A stretch of 54,384 bases of DNA, from contig NC_068984.1 of assembly GCF_001194135.2 (NCBI RefSeq), positions 46,883,172 to 46,937,555 on the forward strand, written 5' to 3'. The position numbers were made by a program, and so were the translations under genes. Positions 50,604-54,384 of the stretch are shown one piece after another. Positions within the stretch are counted from its first letter, which is position 1. Every line of letters begins with the position of its first letter. Under the pieces are notes generated by a model. It made no database searches, had not been told where the DNA came from, and saw only the letters and a program-made list of their open reading frames with translations. The DNA comes from Octopus bimaculoides. Lineage: Eukaryota.

Positions 50604-51028
50604 ATGCTCACTTCGAGCGTTGCATTCCCTCGCGTTCGATACAATGTGTTTATTATGGTATTTTTGACTTTGGCTTTGGTGAGATATATCATCCGCGCGG
50701 ATGCCGTGGTGCCTCTCAAGTATTTCCAGCTTAAGGCTAACCGCTTCTCTCAGTAATGAACGATTATGACTGATATTAGTCGTCAGTGACTCTGTAAATT
50801 CCACCAATAGGTAATTCCGTGTTCGCTTCACCGGACGCTAATATTGTCTGGAGGATTTATTACCAATAACTATAAGGATATAGAACTTGGAGACTTGTTC
50901 AACTTCAAAATTTATTTCCTCTGATTTTACAATTTTACACAGTATATTATTATGGTCTTTGACTTACAAGTGTTTCCCTCCACAGATTACGAGCAGTTGC
51001 TAATGCAACCTGGCACAATTTTCGGTGA
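50604..51028 (+). CDS. Speculative two-exon small secreted peptide (exons 50604-50752 and 50986-51028, 63 aa)
   Basis: AAAATG with an in-frame upstream stop; signal-peptide-like VFIMVFLTLALVRYIIRADA; donor CA|GTAATG; acceptor TGTTTCCCTCCACAG. No homology or expression evidence. Confidence 0.2.
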
Positions 51029-53126
51029 TCTTCTTCCGGATCTATCCCTCACAGGAGAAACACGGACTACTAACGTTTCATAGCTTTAAAATTGCTTGTT
51101 ACATAAGTTATAACACACATAGAAAAAAACGTAGCGAATATAAACGGCCTATCACCTATAATTTTTGTGCATTGTTGCATGGAGATGAACAAATCAAATA
51201 GTAAAGTAGCCACAGCAGGAATGGCAGGTTGAAAAGAGAAGGAAACGAAATCAAAATCAAATCACCAATGAAAGTAAAAGTTAGTGTGATAGGTGCGTTT
51301 ATAGATGTCATTAAGTGGAAAGTGACGATTGACAGATGTAGGAGAGTGGTGGAGGGAAGACTAATGATGAAATACATTTATCGTTAGATGTCATGCAGAT
51401 AATTAGAGGCAAGGCGATTGCATGAAGTGTTTTGCGGTTAACTTAGATAAATCATTACATGTTAACGGAGAGAGAAAGAGGTGATCAAGGAGTTATATAT
51501 TTCACTTATAGAATTTACATGAGTGTAAAAGTACAATAACTAATACACTCACGTACGAACACGCGCATTTTGCCAATGTGTTTTATTTATGCATGCATTT
51601 TTAAATTTGAGAAAGAAAAAAAGACAATACTCATGAATTATTCCTCAACCCAATATTATACTGATAATAAATATAATATATATATATATATATTTGAAAA
51701 TGAGTGGAGGCTACATTGAAAGATTTTCCGAAAATTGCAGACCACATTCTTTCTTCTTTCTCCTCTTTTATCTCTATCTGTCTCTTCTCTTCTTCCCCAC
51801 TCTCTTTCTTGCCCTCTTTCTTCTCTACTCTGTTTCCTCCTCCGCCTGCTGTTGACACGTGACTCTTGGCCAGCATTTTTACTTTCTCTCACCTTGTTTA
51901 TACCGACCGCGTAGCTGATCGGTCCTAAATTCTCTAGTCTCCACTGGTACCTGTCTCGCTGCTTGTTGTTATTTTGTGTCTAATCCTTTAGGTTTCCCTT
52001 CTTAGCGTTATCCATGATTAGATTCCAAGTAGCCGTTAGGCTGCATTCTGTTCGTTTATTTTATTATTTCCTCTGTATCCTTCGTCCATCGTCTTGAATT
52101 ACACTTATTTACTTTTGTATGTCTACTTCTGTATCACCTGTTATCCATGTATTGTTTGTTTTGCACCTTTCGTTTTATCTTCCACTCCATTCTTTCCCAT
52201 CCTTCCACCTTTGTTAGTATCTCTCTACTTCCATTTTCAAGTCCTATAAGATATTACATTAAGGTTACGTCTGGAATTTTTACTTTATCAATGAAGTCTC
52301 ATTGACCTAAGGCCTTTATCTGTGTTTATATGTATTTAAGTACTAACTATCTGTGTTAATTCTTTTTTTTCATCGCCGTCCCCACTTATTCCCAGCTGTA
52401 TTTTGATGCTGACGTCAAAACCATGAGCAATCTTATCATTGAATGCGCTAAAATGCTATGAGTTTTGGACGATAATTGATGGGAAAGACAATGTCCACGC
52501 GTAGTCTGTGAATTTTCCTTTGTGTGCTCCTTTGTCGGCCTTCTGTGCAGTTTTTGAAAATCATGCATAGTCTATAACTCTTTATGCAACCTTATATCGA
52601 ACCTGTCAGTGGTGATCAAGCGTTGCTGTATACCTTGTGTCTCATAGGGACGGAAGAACTGGAAGTAAACTTTTTTTTTTCAAACATCTGACAGCAATAT
52701 AATATATACCATTGCACAAGAGAAAAGCCATATTTAAGGCAGAAGGCGTTACCACTGCGGGACAGCATTTTAAGAATTGAAACAAATTAAGATAAAACAG
52801 TCACATGGTACTAATTCAAAACATTCTCTTCTTATGTTGACATACAAACTGATAGTTTTCAGTATTTATAGCTCAACATAGAAATAATGCAACATAGGTA
52901 TTAACAATCGATTATAAATTAACAATGGCATACAAAACAATATTTACGGCTGAACAAAAATGAAGATATATAAGTATGCATGGTCATCATGGGAGACTGT
53001 ATGTGTGTATGTATGATCAGCATTCTGTTTTATTTCAAGATTTCTTGCCATATATGTATGTATGTATATTTGAACATACATATATGCATATATATGTATG
53101 TGTATATATATGTATATATATGTATG

Positions 53127-53167
<41 letters not shown>

Positions 53168-53271
53168 GCACNNNNNNNNNNNNNNNNNNNNNNNNNNNNN
53201 NNNNNNNNNNNNNNNNNNNNNNNNNNNNNNNNNNNNNNNNNNNNNNNNNNNNNNNNNNNNNNNNNNNNNNN

Positions 53272-53273
53272 NN

Positions 53274-53338
<65 letters not shown>

Positions 53339-53395
53339 TATATATATACATACATACATACATACGTACATATAAAACGTGTGTTGGTGTGTGTT

Positions 53396-53428
<33 letters not shown>

Positions 53429-53442
53429 GTGTGTGTGTGTGT
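53272..53442. repeat. (TA)n(CA)n..(TG)n microsatellites
   Basis: Direct read. Confidence 0.9.
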
Positions 53443-53599
53443 AATGAAGACGTAGAGGAGAAACGGAAACTTCCATTTCAAACAAAGGTGTAATATTTAT
53501 AATTTACTGAGGTTGCCAACCTTTTATGTACACGAACATTCTCAGTATACTTGTTGCAGGTATCATAATCATTGACATGATCAAGAAGTTCAAGTTGAT

Positions 53600-53830
53600 T
53601 ATTATTTATCTTTATCATTACCGCCATCAACATCACTATCATGACAGAAGCCACCATGAAAAGTAACACCGAAGCCGAAATCCACCACCACCGCCACTAC
53701 TACCACCTCAATTATCATCATCGTCATCATCATCATCATCGTCACCGTCCTTGTCGTCGACGTTGTAGTCATCATCATCATCATCATCATCGACATCATC
53801 GTTGGTTTCATCATTACGTCCGTCGTCATT
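53600..53830. repeat. Degenerate (CAT/CAC/CGT)n trinucleotide array
   Basis: Direct read; source of the poly-H and poly-M ORFs. Confidence 0.85.
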
Positions 53831-54081
53831 GACATATACTTTTCCATCGTGATTTTCCAAATCAGTTTCCATACACAAAATAAATTTTGTATATACGCAA
53901 TAGCAATGGTCTACCTTATATTGTAGAGGATAGCTGGGTATATAGAACCATTCAGGAATCGAATGTTAACATGATACTTACTGACAGATATTAGCTACTG
54001 AAAACATCGTTAGTATGGTTTATGGTGACATATGAGAAACCATATTTGTGTGTGATTGTTAAGTATAATACAATATATTTT

Positions 54082-54117
54082 AATATAATATAATATAATA
54101 TAATATAATATAATATA
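54082..54117. repeat. (AATAT)n pentanucleotide microsatellite
   Basis: Direct read. Confidence 0.9.
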
Positions 54118-54343
54118 GTATTAAGAAGCATAATATATATTATATTTTACAAGCTCCCACACCAGTATTATTTCTGATATGTCTCCATTGACAAGTTCCA
54201 ACGACGAAGCTGAGAAGCGGCTAACAACAAATAACGTCTCTGAAGTTTTTTTTTTTTTTTTTTTACAGCTAAAATAAAATTTTAGCCTACGTGTACATGT
54301 GTGTTGTACATATATGTGGATGTTTATATACGCTCACACACCC

Positions 54344-54384
<41 letters not shown>

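Noticed and set aside
50508-50831. 107-aa minus-strand ORF
   Set aside because: Starts at GTG, no recognisable domain, weak acceptor; overlaps the + strand peptide candidate and neither is supported by homology.

Overview
AT-rich eukaryotic genomic DNA from a gapped draft assembly. Ten N-gaps are present, almost all flanked by microsatellites. The repeat content resembles a coleoid cephalopod (octopus-like) genome; this is an inference and was not verified. I cannot support any intact protein-coding gene, rRNA, true tRNA or CRISPR array. The window is intergenic or intronic and dominated by: (i) dense di-, tri-, tetra- and pentanucleotide microsatellites; (ii) at least four SINE-like families, including five copies of a tRNA-headed SINE with an internal (TA)n(TG)n tract; (iii) several dead RLE-type non-LTR retrotransposons of the R4/Dong type; (iv) Penelope-like RT and GIY-YIG remnants; (v) two DD37D Tc1/mariner (maT-type) transposase remnants; (vi) two long fold-back elements near 49-50 kb. 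Best leads: three R4/Dong-type fragments each start at an (AAT)n tract on their sense strand; an R4-type RT is fused directly to a Penelope GIY-YIG domain at about 16.15 kb; a 158-bp direct repeat brackets a Penelope fragment; a degenerate hammerhead-like motif lies at 449-502; and there is a speculative two-exon secreted cationic peptide at 50.6-51.0 kb. All family assignments come from motif recognition by eye, not database searches.
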